Assembly (NCBI GenBank): GCA_002082305.1
Contig: LSNO01000017.1
Coordinates: 813-64,812, forward strand
DNA: 64,000 bases
DNA from: SAR324 cluster bacterium SAR324-CTD7B
GTDB lineage: Bacteria; SAR324; NAC60-12
Direction: 5' to 3'
The notes below the pieces were generated by a model. The model saw nothing but the letters and a program-made list of their open reading frames with translations. It searched no databases and was not told the DNA's origin. Shown piece by piece: positions 46,311 through 57,077 of this stretch; the stretch's first letter is position 1; the number at the start of each line of letters is the position of its first letter. The position numbers were made by a program, and so were the translations under genes.

Positions 46311-47005
46311 ATGAAAAAAAACTCTTTTATTACCTCGGAATTGGTTCTGCCCCGGTTTCAAATCATGAGAAAATAATTTCTGCATTAGGCGGATTTATCG
46401 GGATTTATAGTATTATATATATCAGTACTCTCTTTGTTGGAGCAGAGGAGATGGTGTATATTGTAACGTCAATGGGAGCTTCTGTAGTCCTGCTATTTGC
46501 AGTACCCCATAGTGCTCTGGGACAGCTTTGGAATGTAATTGGCGGTCATTTGATATCTGCCGCAATCGGAGTAGCATGTTACCAGTGGCTGCCTTCCAAC
46601 GGCATTGCAGCAGGTGCCAGTGTTGGGTTGGCGATTGGAGCTATGTATTACACCCGCTGCATTCATCCCCCTGGCGGTGCAACAGCTCTGGCTGCAGTAA
46701 TCGGCGGACAAAACATACATGCTCTGGGCTACCAGTATATCCTTACTCCAATTGCAATCAATACTGCAACCATTCTCCTGGTGGCACTTTTATTTAATGC
46801 CTTGTTTCATTGGCGGCGCTATCCTGCATTTTTGCTATCAAAAGAAACCGAAAAAGACTACACTAATAGCGAATATGCACCAGTGGATCATGCTGATTTT
46901 GTTTATGCACTCAGCCAAATGGACACTTTCATTGATGTTACCGAAGATGATTTGTTGAAAATTTATCAATTGGCAACTGGAAGAGAAATAAACTCAAATA
47001 ATTAA
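46311..47005 (+). CDS. HPP family membrane protein; N-terminal 47 codons are in frame only if the A8 tract is read as A9
   Basis: The track ORF 46451-47005 starts mid-domain ('[31 protein letters not shown]'). The same frame is open back to 46289 ('[25 protein letters not shown]...') with no ATG/GTG/TTG. An SD-preceded ATG at 46311 is in the neighbouring frame, separated by A8 at 46314-46321. Confidence 0.7.
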
Positions 47006-47012
47006 AATAACG

Positions 47013-50000
47013 ATGAACTCGCCCCAACCTGTCAAAAAAACAATCAAACTAAAAAACAGTGTTCGTATTGTTACCGCCACGAGTTTATTTGACGGACATG
47101 ATGCTGCGATTAACATTATGCGCCGCATAATGCAGTCACAGGGTGCGGAAGTGATTCACCTCGGCCACGATCGCAGCGTTGAGGAAATAGTCAATGTTGC
47201 CATTCAGGAAGACGCCCAAAGTATTGCAGTCAGTTCGTACCAAGGCGGACACATGGAATTTTTCCGCTACATGCTGGACTTGTTGCGGGAGAAAGGTTCA
47301 GGACATATTCAGGTTTTTGCCGGCGGCGGAGGTGTGATCATTCAAAGTGAAATTCAGGAATTGACGGATTACGGTATCAGTCGCGTTTATTCTCCTGAAG
47401 ACGGCCGTGAACTTGGCCTGACGGGCATGATTGCTGATATGCTGAAACGTTCTGATTTTCAGGTTTTGCCGGATAAATTTGAACCTCATGCAGACAAACT
47501 GGTTACGGAAAATGTTCAGCATATTGCTAATAGTCTGACTTGGATCGAACAAAACGTGAAAGGTTCACAGCTGGCACCTGAAAATAAAGTAGTGGAACCT
47601 CAGGAAGCAGTACAAAAAGTTTTGAATAAACTCCACTCACAAGACTCTCCGGTGGAGAATTCACAGGCTCCGGTGATTGGTTTGACAGGAACAGGAGGTG
47701 CAGGAAAGTCGTGTCTGGCAGATGAATTGGTGCGAAGTTTTCTTGAAGAATTTCCTGAAAAGCGCATAGCGATTTTGTCAATCGATCCCTCCAAACGCAA
47801 AACCGGTGGAGCACTGCTTGGTGACCGGATGCGTATGAATGCCATCAACGATCCCCGTGTTTACATGCGCTCACTGGCCACACGCCGTTCCCACCTGGCC
47901 ACATCTACTGCACTGGAAGGTGCTGTTAGCTTACTGCAGGCAACCGGAAAATCAGGAGGCGGAGGATTTGATTTGATTTTGGTGGAAACTGCCGGCATCG
48001 GTCAGAGCGACTCCGAGATTTCGGATTTTGTTGATTTGAGTGTTTATGTGATGACACCGGAATTTGGTGCGGCTACTCAACTGGAAAAGATTGATATGAT
48101 TGACTTTGCCGATTGTATTGTAATCAACAAATTTGACAAACCCGGAGCACAGGATGCTTTGCTGGCCGTGGGCAAACAGTATAAACGCAGTCGAAATGAC
48201 TTTGATGCAACTACTGAAACAATGCCGGTTTTTGGTGTGGTTGCCAATCGTTTCAACGACAGCGGCACAAACTGGTTTTATCACAAGTTGATTGAAATCC
48301 TGATCAAGAAAAATTCACTTAACTGGAAACGCAGTCATGAAGCTGAATTTGCTGTTTCCGAAATTACAGAGTTGATACCGTCGGACCGTAAAGAATATTT
48401 ACGGCAAATCGCCGGCTGCGTACGTAGCTACAAAAAAGAAGTCCGGAAAAACGCACAGACTGCAGCGGAATGCGGACAATTGCACGGAACGCTTAAACAA
48501 ATGCTGGGGGAAACCGAAAATAAAAATAGCTGGAACATACTCCAGCCCTGCCCGATTGAAAATATTCCGGAAACTGCTCATACAGTGGCCGAACTGTACA
48601 ATGAAAAAACCTCAAAACTTCCGGAATCACTGCGGCTGCAACTGAGTGAATTTCATGAAAAGAACCAGGCGTATCTGGGCGAAAATTTCAGCTTTGATAT
48701 TCGCAACAAAGAACTGAAAATTTCGAATCACAACATCAGTCTTTCCGGACTCAAAATTCCTAAAATCGCCACACCCAAATTTAACGACTGGGGCGAGATT
48801 GCAAGCTGGTTGGGATTGGAAAATTTTCCCGGAAGTTTTCCGTTTACCGGTGGTGTTTTTCCTTTCAAACGTGAAGGCGAAGACCCGACCCGCATGTTTG
48901 CCGGAGAAGGAATTGCGGAGCGTACAAACCGGCGTTTTCATTTGCTGGCCTGCGATCAGCCTGCAACACGCTTGAGTACAGCGTTTGACTCGGTGACGCT
49001 TTATGGTTCAAATCCGCATTTGCGACCCGATATTTTTGGAAAAATCGGAAATGCCGGAGTTTCAATTTGCACAGTTGATGACGCGAAACGACTATATTCT
49101 GGTTTTGATCTGCTTTTACCGAAGACTTCCGTTTCCATGACAATCAACGGACCTGCTCCAGTGGTTCTCGCTTTTTTCATGAATGCAGCCATTGATCAGC
49201 AAATAGAAAAACATTTACGTGAAAACGGGCATTTAGAAAAAGCGCAAAAAACGCTTCAAGAACGCTACAAAAAACAGGGTGTGGAGCCTCCGGAGTATCG
49301 TATGGAACGTCCGGAAAATCACGATGGACTGGGTTTGGAATTGTTGGGATTGTCCGGTAAACATTTTGTAGATAATGAAACTTACGGTGCTATAAAGGCT
49401 GATGTGTTAAACAACGTCCGCGGAACGGTTCAGGCAGATATTTTGAAGGAAGACCAGGCGCAAAACACTTGTATTTTCAGCACAAATTTTGCTTTGCAGA
49501 TGATGGGTGACATTCAGGAATATTTTACCGCAAACGATGTCCGTAACTTTTATTCGGTAAGCATTTCCGGATATCATATTGCTGAAGCCGGAGCAAATCC
49601 GATCAGCCAGGTTGCCTTCACACTTGCTAATGGATTTACTCTGATTGAGTATTATCTGGCACGCGGCTTGGCGATTGACGATTTTGCGCGTAACCTGAGC
49701 TTCTTTTTCAGTAACGGAATGGATCCGGAATATGCTGTAATTGGAAGGGTAGCACGCAGAATTTTTGCTGTCACACTGCGTAATTTGTATGGAGCAAATG
49801 AACGCTCACAAAAATTAAAATATCACATTCAAACTTCCGGACGTTCCCTGCATGCAATGGAGATGGATTTCAATGACATCCGGACAACACTTCAGGCACT
49901 TTATGCCGTTTACGATAACTGTAATTCACTTCACACCAACGCTTACGACGAAGCGGTTACAACTCCAACGGGTGAGTCAGTTCGTCGTGCACTCGCTATT

Positions 50001-50519
50001 CAGCTCATTATCAATCGTGAATTAGGACAGGCATTCAACCAAAATCCAATGCAGGGCAGTTTTCTGATTGAGGAATTGACTGAATTAGTTGAAGAAGCAA
50101 TTTTGTCGGAATTTGTCAGACTTTCCGAACGAGGAGGAGTTTTGGGTGCAATGGAAACGATGTACCAGCGTAACAAAATTCAAGAGGAATCACTTTATTA
50201 CGAAACTCTTAAACATTCCGGAGAACTGCCTATAATGGGCGTGAACACTTTTCTTAACCCAAATCCTGCTGAAACTGATGCAGAAATTGAACTGGCGCGT
50301 TCAACGGAAGAAGAAAAGACCATGCAAATCCATGATCTGGAGAATTTTCACAAGTTCCACTCCAAAGAGCGAGACTCAATGATGGAACGTCTCAGAGAGG
50401 CGGCACTAAAAAATGGCAATATTTTTGAGGTCCTGATGGAGTCTGTGCAAGTTTGTTCATTGGGACAAATCACTCAACAGCTTTACCAAATCGGCGGACA
50501 GTACCGTAGGAATATGTAA
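47013..50519 (+). CDS. icmF: fused isobutyryl-CoA mutase (B12-binding domain + MeaB-like GTPase + mutase catalytic domain)
   Basis: 1168 aa with N-terminal B12 '[12 protein letters not shown]', a P-loop '[11 protein letters not shown]' with '[10 protein letters not shown]' and 'NKFD', and a C-terminal methylmalonyl/isobutyryl-CoA mutase TIM-barrel region. Confidence 0.92.
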   Translation: MNSPQPVKKTIKLKNSVRIVTATSLFDGHDAAINIMRRIMQSQGAEVIHLGHDRSVEEIVNVAIQEDAQSIAVSSYQGGHMEFFRYMLDLLREKGSGHIQVFAGGGGVIIQSEIQELTDYGISRVYSPEDGRELGLTGMIADMLKRSDFQVLPDKFEPHADKLVTENVQHIANSLTWIEQNVKGSQLAPENKVVEPQEAVQKVLNKLHSQDSPVENSQAPVIGLTGTGGAGKSCLADELVRSFLEEFPEKRIAILSIDPSKRKTGGALLGDRMRMNAINDPRVYMRSLATRRSHLATSTALEGAVSLLQATGKSGGGGFDLILVETAGIGQSDSEISDFVDLSVYVMTPEFGAATQLEKIDMIDFADCIVINKFDKPGAQDALLAVGKQYKRSRNDFDATTETMPVFGVVANRFNDSGTNWFYHKLIEILIKKNSLNWKRSHEAEFAVSEITELIPSDRKEYLRQIAGCVRSYKKEVRKNAQTAAECGQLHGTLKQMLGETENKNSWNILQPCPIENIPETAHTVAELYNEKTSKLPESLRLQLSEFHEKNQAYLGENFSFDIRNKELKISNHNISLSGLKIPKIATPKFNDWGEIASWLGLENFPGSFPFTGGVFPFKREGEDPTRMFAGEGIAERTNRRFHLLACDQPATRLSTAFDSVTLYGSNPHLRPDIFGKIGNAGVSICTVDDAKRLYSGFDLLLPKTSVSMTINGPAPVVLAFFMNAAIDQQIEKHLRENGHLEKAQKTLQERYKKQGVEPPEYRMERPENHDGLGLELLGLSGKHFVDNETYGAIKADVLNNVRGTVQADILKEDQAQNTCIFSTNFALQMMGDIQEYFTANDVRNFYSVSISGYHIAEAGANPISQVAFTLANGFTLIEYYLARGLAIDDFARNLSFFFSNGMDPEYAVIGRVARRIFAVTLRNLYGANERSQKLKYHIQTSGRSLHAMEMDFNDIRTTLQALYAVYDNCNSLHTNAYDEAVTTPTGESVRRALAIQLIINRELGQAFNQNPMQGSFLIEELTELVEEAILSEFVRLSERGGVLGAMETMYQRNKIQEESLYYETLKHSGELPIMGVNTFLNPNPAETDAEIELARSTEEEKTMQIHDLENFHKFHSKERDSMMERLREAALKNGNIFEVLMESVQVCSLGQITQQLYQIGGQYRRNM

Positions 50520-50830
50520 GGCCTGAATTGACACTAAAACGATTCATTCTGATTTAGTGACAAATGAAATAATGCTGTCAGCCCTCAAATTAAGACCATG
50601 TTTTGTTCCAGCGTAAAAGTATTTACACCTGCATTAAAAACAAACAATTTTTCAAATCTGAATTCAGCGGGGGAATTATTTATAATTCTTCTTAGAGCCT
50701 GACCATTTGATGCAAACTTGTTTTTCTAGCCGGCTTAAAATTTAGTACTCGGGGTTTTGTCCAGTATTTCTCAAAAACCAACTACAAAAATCTTGTTCCT
50801 GAAACAGCACAGAAAAATCAAATTGAAGTT

Positions 50831-51466
50831 TCACGACACCTCGCAGATTCGATTTATCTCAGACGATGTAATTACTCCATGACGCAAAACTTCAAAATTT
50901 TTGTTTTGGCAATTTAAGATAGTCGAGGCCCGATTTTCTTCCAGTTCTCCTCCATCAATAATCACATCAACCTTGTTGTTCAACTGATTATGGACTTCTG
51001 TTGCAGAAGAGCATTCCGGCATGCCTGTGAGGTTGGCGCTTGTACCAATTATTGGACAACTTCCCAATTCTATCAGGCACTGTGCAGCTGGAGCACTCGT
51101 GTAACGTACGGCTAAAGTTCCGTCACTGTTTTGAAGGTGTTGCGGAAGTTCCGGATTCGCGGCTAAAATCAAGGTCAGTGGGCCCGGCCAAAACGCATTC
51201 ATTAAATCATCAATCCGAGAGTCGTTCCACAGACAAAGACCTGGCAGCCATTCCGGTGTAGTCAGCACAAGCAACGGTTTATTTCTGGGCCGTTCCTTAA
51301 TGTTATAAACACGATCTGCAACTTCTTTAAAAAACGCATTTCCACCCAAACCATAAAAGGTTTCAGTAGGAAAAGCCAGAACCTTATTATGCAAAAGTGC
51401 TGTTTTAACCAATATTTCTTCTGTTTTTGAAAAAGGGAAATTGACTAATCGTGCTATATTTTCCAT
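50831..51466 (-). CDS. tsaC: L-threonylcarbamoyladenylate synthase (YrdC/TsaC-Sua5 family)
   Basis: 211 aa with 'VLAFPTETFYGLGGNA', 'RPRNKPLLVL' and 'GTSANLTG', YrdC-domain motifs. Confidence 0.82.
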   Translation of the reverse strand: MENIARLVNFPFSKTEEILVKTALLHNKVLAFPTETFYGLGGNAFFKEVADRVYNIKERPRNKPLLVLTTPEWLPGLCLWNDSRIDDLMNAFWPGPLTLILAANPELPQHLQNSDGTLAVRYTSAPAAQCLIELGSCPIIGTSANLTGMPECSSATEVHNQLNNKVDVIIDGGELEENRASTILNCQNKNFEVLRHGVITSSEINRICEVS

Positions 51467-51627
51467 CCTTGCCCTTGATTAGCAGTATTGTAATCAAGCT
51501 CTAGAAGGGCCTGTAATACCGTCCTATGATTTTTTGACGTCTTGTCAGGCTTTAATCCCGCCCTGTTAAGTCTGAGAGCTTGTCCGGCATATAATCCCAA
51601 CCGTGACTGTGATCCTTGTCATTTGTT

Positions 51628-52770
51628 TTATTTACCATCAATCCACCCGGACAAGTGGCTTACCCTTCCGTATGTAATTCGTGAAACACGAAATGTGGTC
51701 AGAGCCAGGTGGTTACGTGAATCGAGGTATACCGGAGGTAACAACTTTCCCTGCCATTTTGTTATACTTTCAGCAGCAGAAACTGCTTTTTGTCTACTCA
51801 AAGAACGTCCCGTTCGATTTAAGACTTCAACCATTAATTCTGCTACTGCATGGCCATAAAGAGTCCAGCGGTTGAGAGCCAGGTTTGGCGCATATTCACT
51901 GAGTATTAGCTTATGTAATATTTGACCAGGATGTTCTGTTTCTATTTTAAGGGGATATGCTGTCAAAACACGTACTCGTTCAGAAACTTTTTGGCCCAGC
52001 CACTCAGGGAGTCGACTATCCGCAAGCGCGTGTCCTGTTAACATGGGAATATTTATCTGTGGAGAAAACTTCAAGAAGTTCATAACATCAGTATAATTTC
52101 CCAATACAACCAGAAAATCTGGATTATTCCTACGAATCAGCTGCCATTCTGCGCTAAGCCGTCCTGCTTTTCCCGGCAGCAGTTTGGCAGAAACGCTATA
52201 CAATTCTTTGGTCAAGACTTTTACTGCCCTCTGATATACAGGCTTTTCCGGATACCAGATGATAAACTCTTTTCCAGTGTGCTTTTCTGTAATATATTTT
52301 CCAATAACACGCGCTTCGGTTTCAGCAGTAGGCATAAAACCAAAGACATTTGCACGAAGGGGTTGTGTCCATTCCGGCAAATCTGAGCCGACAAAAAAAC
52401 TTGGCAGTCTTTGCTGTTTTAACAAGGGGTAAACTGCTTGATGAGTTTTACTGCCAATACCGCTGAAAACAGCAAATATGTCATTTTTTAAAGTCAGTTC
52501 CTCCAGTTCCTCTTTTGCTTTGTATGGTTTCAACTGATCATCAATTATTTTCAACTCAATTGAACGACCGTGTACTCCGCCCTGATCATTGACATATTTA
52601 AAATAGGCCTGCGCGCTTTTTCCAATATCAGAATATTCCTTTGCAGGTCCGCTCAATGGCTGATGAGTTACAAAAACAATGTTTTTTGGAAATACTCCGG
52701 TTTCGGCAAAACAGAAATGAGCAATTGAAAACAAAAACACAAGTATGACGGTCAGTCGAAACAGTTTCAT
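51628..52770 (-). CDS. periplasmic substrate-binding protein (type I, branched-chain amino acid-binding-like), orphan
   Basis: 380 aa with a signal peptide 'MKLFRLTVILVFLFSIAHFCFA'. The overall pattern resembles LivK/Peripla_BP_6 proteins. No adjacent permease or ATPase genes. Confidence 0.7.
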   Translation of the reverse strand: MKLFRLTVILVFLFSIAHFCFAETGVFPKNIVFVTHQPLSGPAKEYSDIGKSAQAYFKYVNDQGGVHGRSIELKIIDDQLKPYKAKEELEELTLKNDIFAVFSGIGSKTHQAVYPLLKQQRLPSFFVGSDLPEWTQPLRANVFGFMPTAETEARVIGKYITEKHTGKEFIIWYPEKPVYQRAVKVLTKELYSVSAKLLPGKAGRLSAEWQLIRRNNPDFLVVLGNYTDVMNFLKFSPQINIPMLTGHALADSRLPEWLGQKVSERVRVLTAYPLKIETEHPGQILHKLILSEYAPNLALNRWTLYGHAVAELMVEVLNRTGRSLSRQKAVSAAESITKWQGKLLPPVYLDSRNHLALTTFRVSRITYGRVSHLSGWIDGK

Positions 52771-52793
52771 ATTTTTCGTGTATATTTAATTAA

Positions 52794-52942
52794 CTCGACA
52801 GTCACGAGTTTTATCATGTCAACCCAAACGTATGTGAAGGATCTTATAAGGTAACAGCACTTTATCAGATCTTTCCTTTCGGTCGAGATGTCATTCAGCA
52901 GTCAATAATATGAGTGTCTTATGAAATTTAATGGCTCGCGCC
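52794..52942 (+). repeat. MITE-like intergenic repeat, copy C
   Basis: It aligns end to end with copy B (10530-10683) and is bracketed by the 8-bp direct repeat TTAATTAA at 52786-52793 and 52943-52950. Confidence 0.8.
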
Positions 52943-53127
52943 TTAATTAATTGTGATAAACTCAAAAAAAATAAGCAACACATGTTTGACATTCATTAAC
53001 AGCCAATAAGCTATTATATCATAAACTTACATGTTCAGTAATTTTCATTCCACAATCAATTCGATAACTAGTGTTGTCGGGGTTACAACCTGTTACTAAA
53101 GCATCAATAACAGCTTATTATTTTAGC

Positions 53128-55335
53128 TCAAAACAAAGGAGCTGCACCCAATTCTGACAGTTGATGCAGTAAACCGGTAAAACGGCGTGTTGAACCTTCA
53201 TTTTCAACGGCCTTCTTAATAGCTGCATCTGTTCCAATCAAAACAACTAACTGTTTCCCGCGGGTGATTGCAGTGTAGAGTAAATTCCGCTGAAGCATCA
53301 TATAATGGTGTGTAGTGAGAGGAACAATCACTGCTGAATATTCGCTTCCCTGGGATTTGTGAACCGTGATTGCGTAGGCCAGAGATAGTTGGTCCATCTC
53401 TTTCCCCTGGTAATGAACAATTTGCTGATCAAATTGAACATGCAGTTCTTTGGTTTTTGGATCGCAATTAACAATTCTTCCAAGATCGCCGTTGAAAACC
53501 AGTTTCTCATAGTCATTTTGCTGCTGCATCACTTTGTCTCCAATCCGGAACCACTGTTCACGATGTTCCAGACCTTTTGCATCTGGATTTATTACATCCT
53601 GCAGTTTCCGGTTTAGATTTATTGCACCTGTGACTCCACGGTGCATCGGCGTCAGCACCTGAATATCCATCATCGGATCAAGCTCGAAACGCTGGGGAAT
53701 CCTTTCGGTACTCATCAGCAGTATTTTTTCAACAATTTTTTCCGGATTCGACTCTTTAATAAAATAAAAATCCAGCAGCTGATTATCATCCTCGGTTTGC
53801 CGATTTGAGCTACTGAAGTCCGGCATTTCTCCCCGACGAACTTTGTGAGCATTGACTGTAATAAAACTATCAGCTGCCTGCCGAAAAATATGATCGAGGC
53901 GCACAACGGGAATTGATCTGGATTCAATCAAATCCGACAACACTGCTCCTGCACCCACTGACGGCAACTGGTCTACATCGCCTACAAGAATTAAACGTGA
54001 CGCAGATGGAACGGCTTCCAGTAAACTATCCATCAGCAGAGTATCGATCATTGAAGTTTCATCAAGGATCAGCAATTCCTGCTCCAGAGGATTTTCCCGG
54101 TCACGCTGAAAACCTATGTTGCTTGCTTCAAGAAGACGGTGAATTGTGGAAGCTGCAGCGCCGGTAGTTTCAGTGATTCGTTTTGCAGCACGTCCAGTAG
54201 GTGCAGCAAGTGCAATTGCAGGGATTCTGGTGCGCATCAGTCCAAGTATAAAGCGCACAATGGTTGTTTTACCTGTGCCGGGGCCACCGGTTATAATCAG
54301 CACTTTATGCTGAAGAGCCGCTTCAACTGCCTCTCTCTGGGCAGGATCAAGCTTCAGGCCAACTTTTCGTTCCTGCTCTTCTATCAGATAAGATTCACCC
54401 TCATAAACCGTATAGGCTTCACTGTTAAGGATTCGAAAAATATTCTCCGCAACACGCCGTTCTGCTTTGTAAAATCTCGGACGGTAAACCAATTCCTGCT
54501 CAATACCGGAAGCATCTTCAATTTTCTCACAATTCAACAAACGATCTTCCAGCAATTGCCGAATTGATGACTCCAGCATTGATGAGTCAATATTAAGCTC
54601 TTGCACGGTTTTTTCGAGCAAATCCCGACGAGGGAAACAGGTGTGACCATTGAGTGCCTGTTGTTCCAGCATATAGAGTAAGCCTGCGTCAGCACGATGC
54701 GGAGAGTTATTATCGAATCCCAGATTGCGTGCAATACCATCTGCAGTAAGAAAACCTATTCCCGGAATATCAGTTAACTGATACGGATTGGCTTTGATCA
54801 ACGGAATACTGTTCAAGCCATTCTTCGCAAAAATACGTTGTGCATAAGCGTGTGATATTCCTACTCCACGCAAAAAAGTCATTACATCCCGGAGACCTCT
54901 TTGATCATCCCACGCCTCAAGCAGAGATTTTTGTTGTTTTCTGCCGACGCCTTTAACTTTCGATAATAATTTTGGAGAACTGTCTATAATTTTAAAAGTA
55001 TCTTTTCCGAACTTTTTGACAATTCGCTCTGCCGTTTTTTTACCAATTCCCTTAAATACTTCAGAAGAAAGGTAGCGTACCATCCCTTCTTCAGAGGTTG
55101 GTTCAACAGGCATGAATTCACGAATCGAAAATTGACGACCATAAATTTTGTGATTCTCCCAGCTGCCTTTTAAACGTAATGTTTCATGCTCATGGGTGTT
55201 GAAAACAATGCCTTTTACAGTGATCGGCCTGATGGAATTTTCTGTTAGAAATGTACCAATCAAAAATCCGTTTTCCGGATTTGTGTACAAAATTTTTTCC
55301 AGAGTACCGACTAAGCTAACAAAATCTTCGGCCAT
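53128..55335 (-). CDS. recD2: ATP-dependent RecD-like DNA helicase (RecD2)
   Basis: 735 aa with an N-terminal OB/HhH region, Walker A 'ITGGPGTGKTT', 'LILDETSMID', 'LILVGDVDQLPSVGAG' and C-terminal 'AITVHKSQGSE'. Confidence 0.9.
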   Translation of the reverse strand: MAEDFVSLVGTLEKILYTNPENGFLIGTFLTENSIRPITVKGIVFNTHEHETLRLKGSWENHKIYGRQFSIREFMPVEPTSEEGMVRYLSSEVFKGIGKKTAERIVKKFGKDTFKIIDSSPKLLSKVKGVGRKQQKSLLEAWDDQRGLRDVMTFLRGVGISHAYAQRIFAKNGLNSIPLIKANPYQLTDIPGIGFLTADGIARNLGFDNNSPHRADAGLLYMLEQQALNGHTCFPRRDLLEKTVQELNIDSSMLESSIRQLLEDRLLNCEKIEDASGIEQELVYRPRFYKAERRVAENIFRILNSEAYTVYEGESYLIEEQERKVGLKLDPAQREAVEAALQHKVLIITGGPGTGKTTIVRFILGLMRTRIPAIALAAPTGRAAKRITETTGAAASTIHRLLEASNIGFQRDRENPLEQELLILDETSMIDTLLMDSLLEAVPSASRLILVGDVDQLPSVGAGAVLSDLIESRSIPVVRLDHIFRQAADSFITVNAHKVRRGEMPDFSSSNRQTEDDNQLLDFYFIKESNPEKIVEKILLMSTERIPQRFELDPMMDIQVLTPMHRGVTGAINLNRKLQDVINPDAKGLEHREQWFRIGDKVMQQQNDYEKLVFNGDLGRIVNCDPKTKELHVQFDQQIVHYQGKEMDQLSLAYAITVHKSQGSEYSAVIVPLTTHHYMMLQRNLLYTAITRGKQLVVLIGTDAAIKKAVENEGSTRRFTGLLHQLSELGAAPLF

Positions 55336-55556
55336 TGGTTTTTCAGGAAGTGTAATAATTAATTTTATGTCAAATTAGTATCAGAATGGGAATCAAACCA
55401 GCCAGTTTTTTCCATGAGGTCACTTTGTTGAAAAAGGGACTCAAAAAACAGAAGTGCATGGCTTTCGGGCTTTTACAGGATAAACCTTGCAGTAGTCATC
55501 AGCAATCGAACAATTACTTTTTGGTTTTATTGAATAATATTATATTCCAGCAAGTA

Positions 55557-56069
55557 CTAATTTGGTGGAATATAAAAAGGAGACCGGATCATCTGTAGTA
55601 AATCGAAGCGCCACTTTCCACTTTCCTTCAGCAGCAAAAATGATTGCTGCTTTGTAAATTGTAAATCAAAAATGCTTTTGTGTCGAAAAACAATTGCAGC
55701 ATTAACATAAAGCAATGTCAGGTATCGATATGATATTTCAGGTTCTTTTCCAGTTTTCAAACCAACCGGAACCCAGTCCAGTTCAACCATTCGCGTTGCA
55801 AATTCTTCAATGCTAATTTGATCTGTGGAGTGTTTTTTGCCGTATTTGTATAATTCAAAATAGCGTTCCTCCTGCCAGAGTTGCAGAAAGTTCAGAAACA
55901 CAACCCTGGTTTCTTTACGGATTGCCTCCAATTCAAAAGGTGTAGGTTGACGGGCAATTGCCCCAGGAACAGCTATAAAAAAACTGAGTGCGCAGAACAA
56001 AAAAAGTCGACTGAATAATTTATTTTTCGAAAATATCAGCTCATTCAAATTTCCCGATTTATAATTCAT
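55557..56069 (-). CDS. hypothetical secreted/periplasmic protein
   Basis: 170-aa ORF with a signal-like N-terminus. Its start overlaps the holB stop by 4 nt (ATGA-type coupling). No recognisable motif. Confidence 0.5.
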   Translation of the reverse strand: MNYKSGNLNELIFSKNKLFSRLFLFCALSFFIAVPGAIARQPTPFELEAIRKETRVVFLNFLQLWQEERYFELYKYGKKHSTDQISIEEFATRMVELDWVPVGLKTGKEPEISYRYLTLLYVNAAIVFRHKSIFDLQFTKQQSFLLLKESGKWRFDLLQMIRSPFYIPPN

Positions 56070-57070
56070 ACAGCGCTACGGTACATGTGCAAACATAGAG
56101 ATTCAACTGCAAGTGACTTATTTGCGTTAAGTTCAATGGTTCTTCTTGATTCTGCTATCCAGCCAAAAATTTCGAAAATTTGCTGCAGAGTAAAATGCTC
56201 TCCACTTTTTCTCAATGCAGAAATGCGGTTTTCATCAGAACCAACTGTCCGGTTTATCAGTTTTTCTTCCGGAAGACCACGAAACAGCCATGTTAAATCA
56301 CGAAACCAAGTTTCCAGAAAATCAAGCAGCAAACGCCATTCCTCATTTTTGGATTTAGCCCAGGTTTCACAGGTCCGTAGCATCTCTTCCAGTGTTGCTG
56401 CAGAAAAAGTGGTCAGCCAGCGGATGGCCGTTTGCTGGACAGTTTCCATAAGTTCAAGACGTTCAGCAAGATTTCCATTTACGCTTCCCATACTGAAGGC
56501 ACTGAGCAACTGAATCCGGGCTGTTGACAGGTTCGTTGTTTCCCGCAATATGCGTTCCGAAATTTCCTCAGACAATGGACGAAATCGTATTTGTTGGCAA
56601 CGCGAAACAATTGTTTCCAGCAGCTGTTGTGATGAATCAGCAATCAAAATCAGCAAAGTTTTTGGTGCCGGTTCCTCCAACGTTTTTAAAAAAGCATTAG
56701 CTGCTTCCCGGCCCAAATGCTGTGCTCCATCAAGAATCAATACGCGTTTTTTTGCCTGATCCGGATGAAGGTGAAGCCAGTTCAATGATTTACGGATTTG
56801 ATCGATCTTAATAAACTTGCCGTCAGGAATCAGAACCTGGAAATCCAGAAAATTCTGTTCTGCAATTTGAAAACAAATATCACATTCTCCACAAGCGTCT
56901 TCTCCACATTTTCTGCAATTAAGTTTTTGTGCAAGAGCAACAGCTGTTTTGTATTTACCGATATTTGCCTGGCCTGTGAACAACCATGCATGAGGCATCC
57001 TGTCCCTCTGAACGGCTTGATTCATCAGGTCAATTGCGTGCTCTTGTCCGTAAATTTCTCTAAACGGCAT
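56066..57070 (-). CDS. holB: DNA polymerase III subunit delta'
   Basis: 'HAWLFTGQANIGKYKTAVALAQKLNC' is followed by a Cys cluster 'CGECDIC' and 'VLILDGAQHLGREAANAFLKTLEEP'. The start is set at the ATG 57070 ('MPFREIYGQE'). The track start at 57142 would overlap mgtE by 65 nt. Confidence 0.85.
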   Translation of the reverse strand: MPFREIYGQEHAIDLMNQAVQRDRMPHAWLFTGQANIGKYKTAVALAQKLNCRKCGEDACGECDICFQIAEQNFLDFQVLIPDGKFIKIDQIRKSLNWLHLHPDQAKKRVLILDGAQHLGREAANAFLKTLEEPAPKTLLILIADSSQQLLETIVSRCQQIRFRPLSEEISERILRETTNLSTARIQLLSAFSMGSVNGNLAERLELMETVQQTAIRWLTTFSAATLEEMLRTCETWAKSKNEEWRLLLDFLETWFRDLTWLFRGLPEEKLINRTVGSDENRISALRKSGEHFTLQQIFEIFGWIAESRRTIELNANKSLAVESLCLHMYRSAV

Positions 57071-57077
57071 TGTGCTA

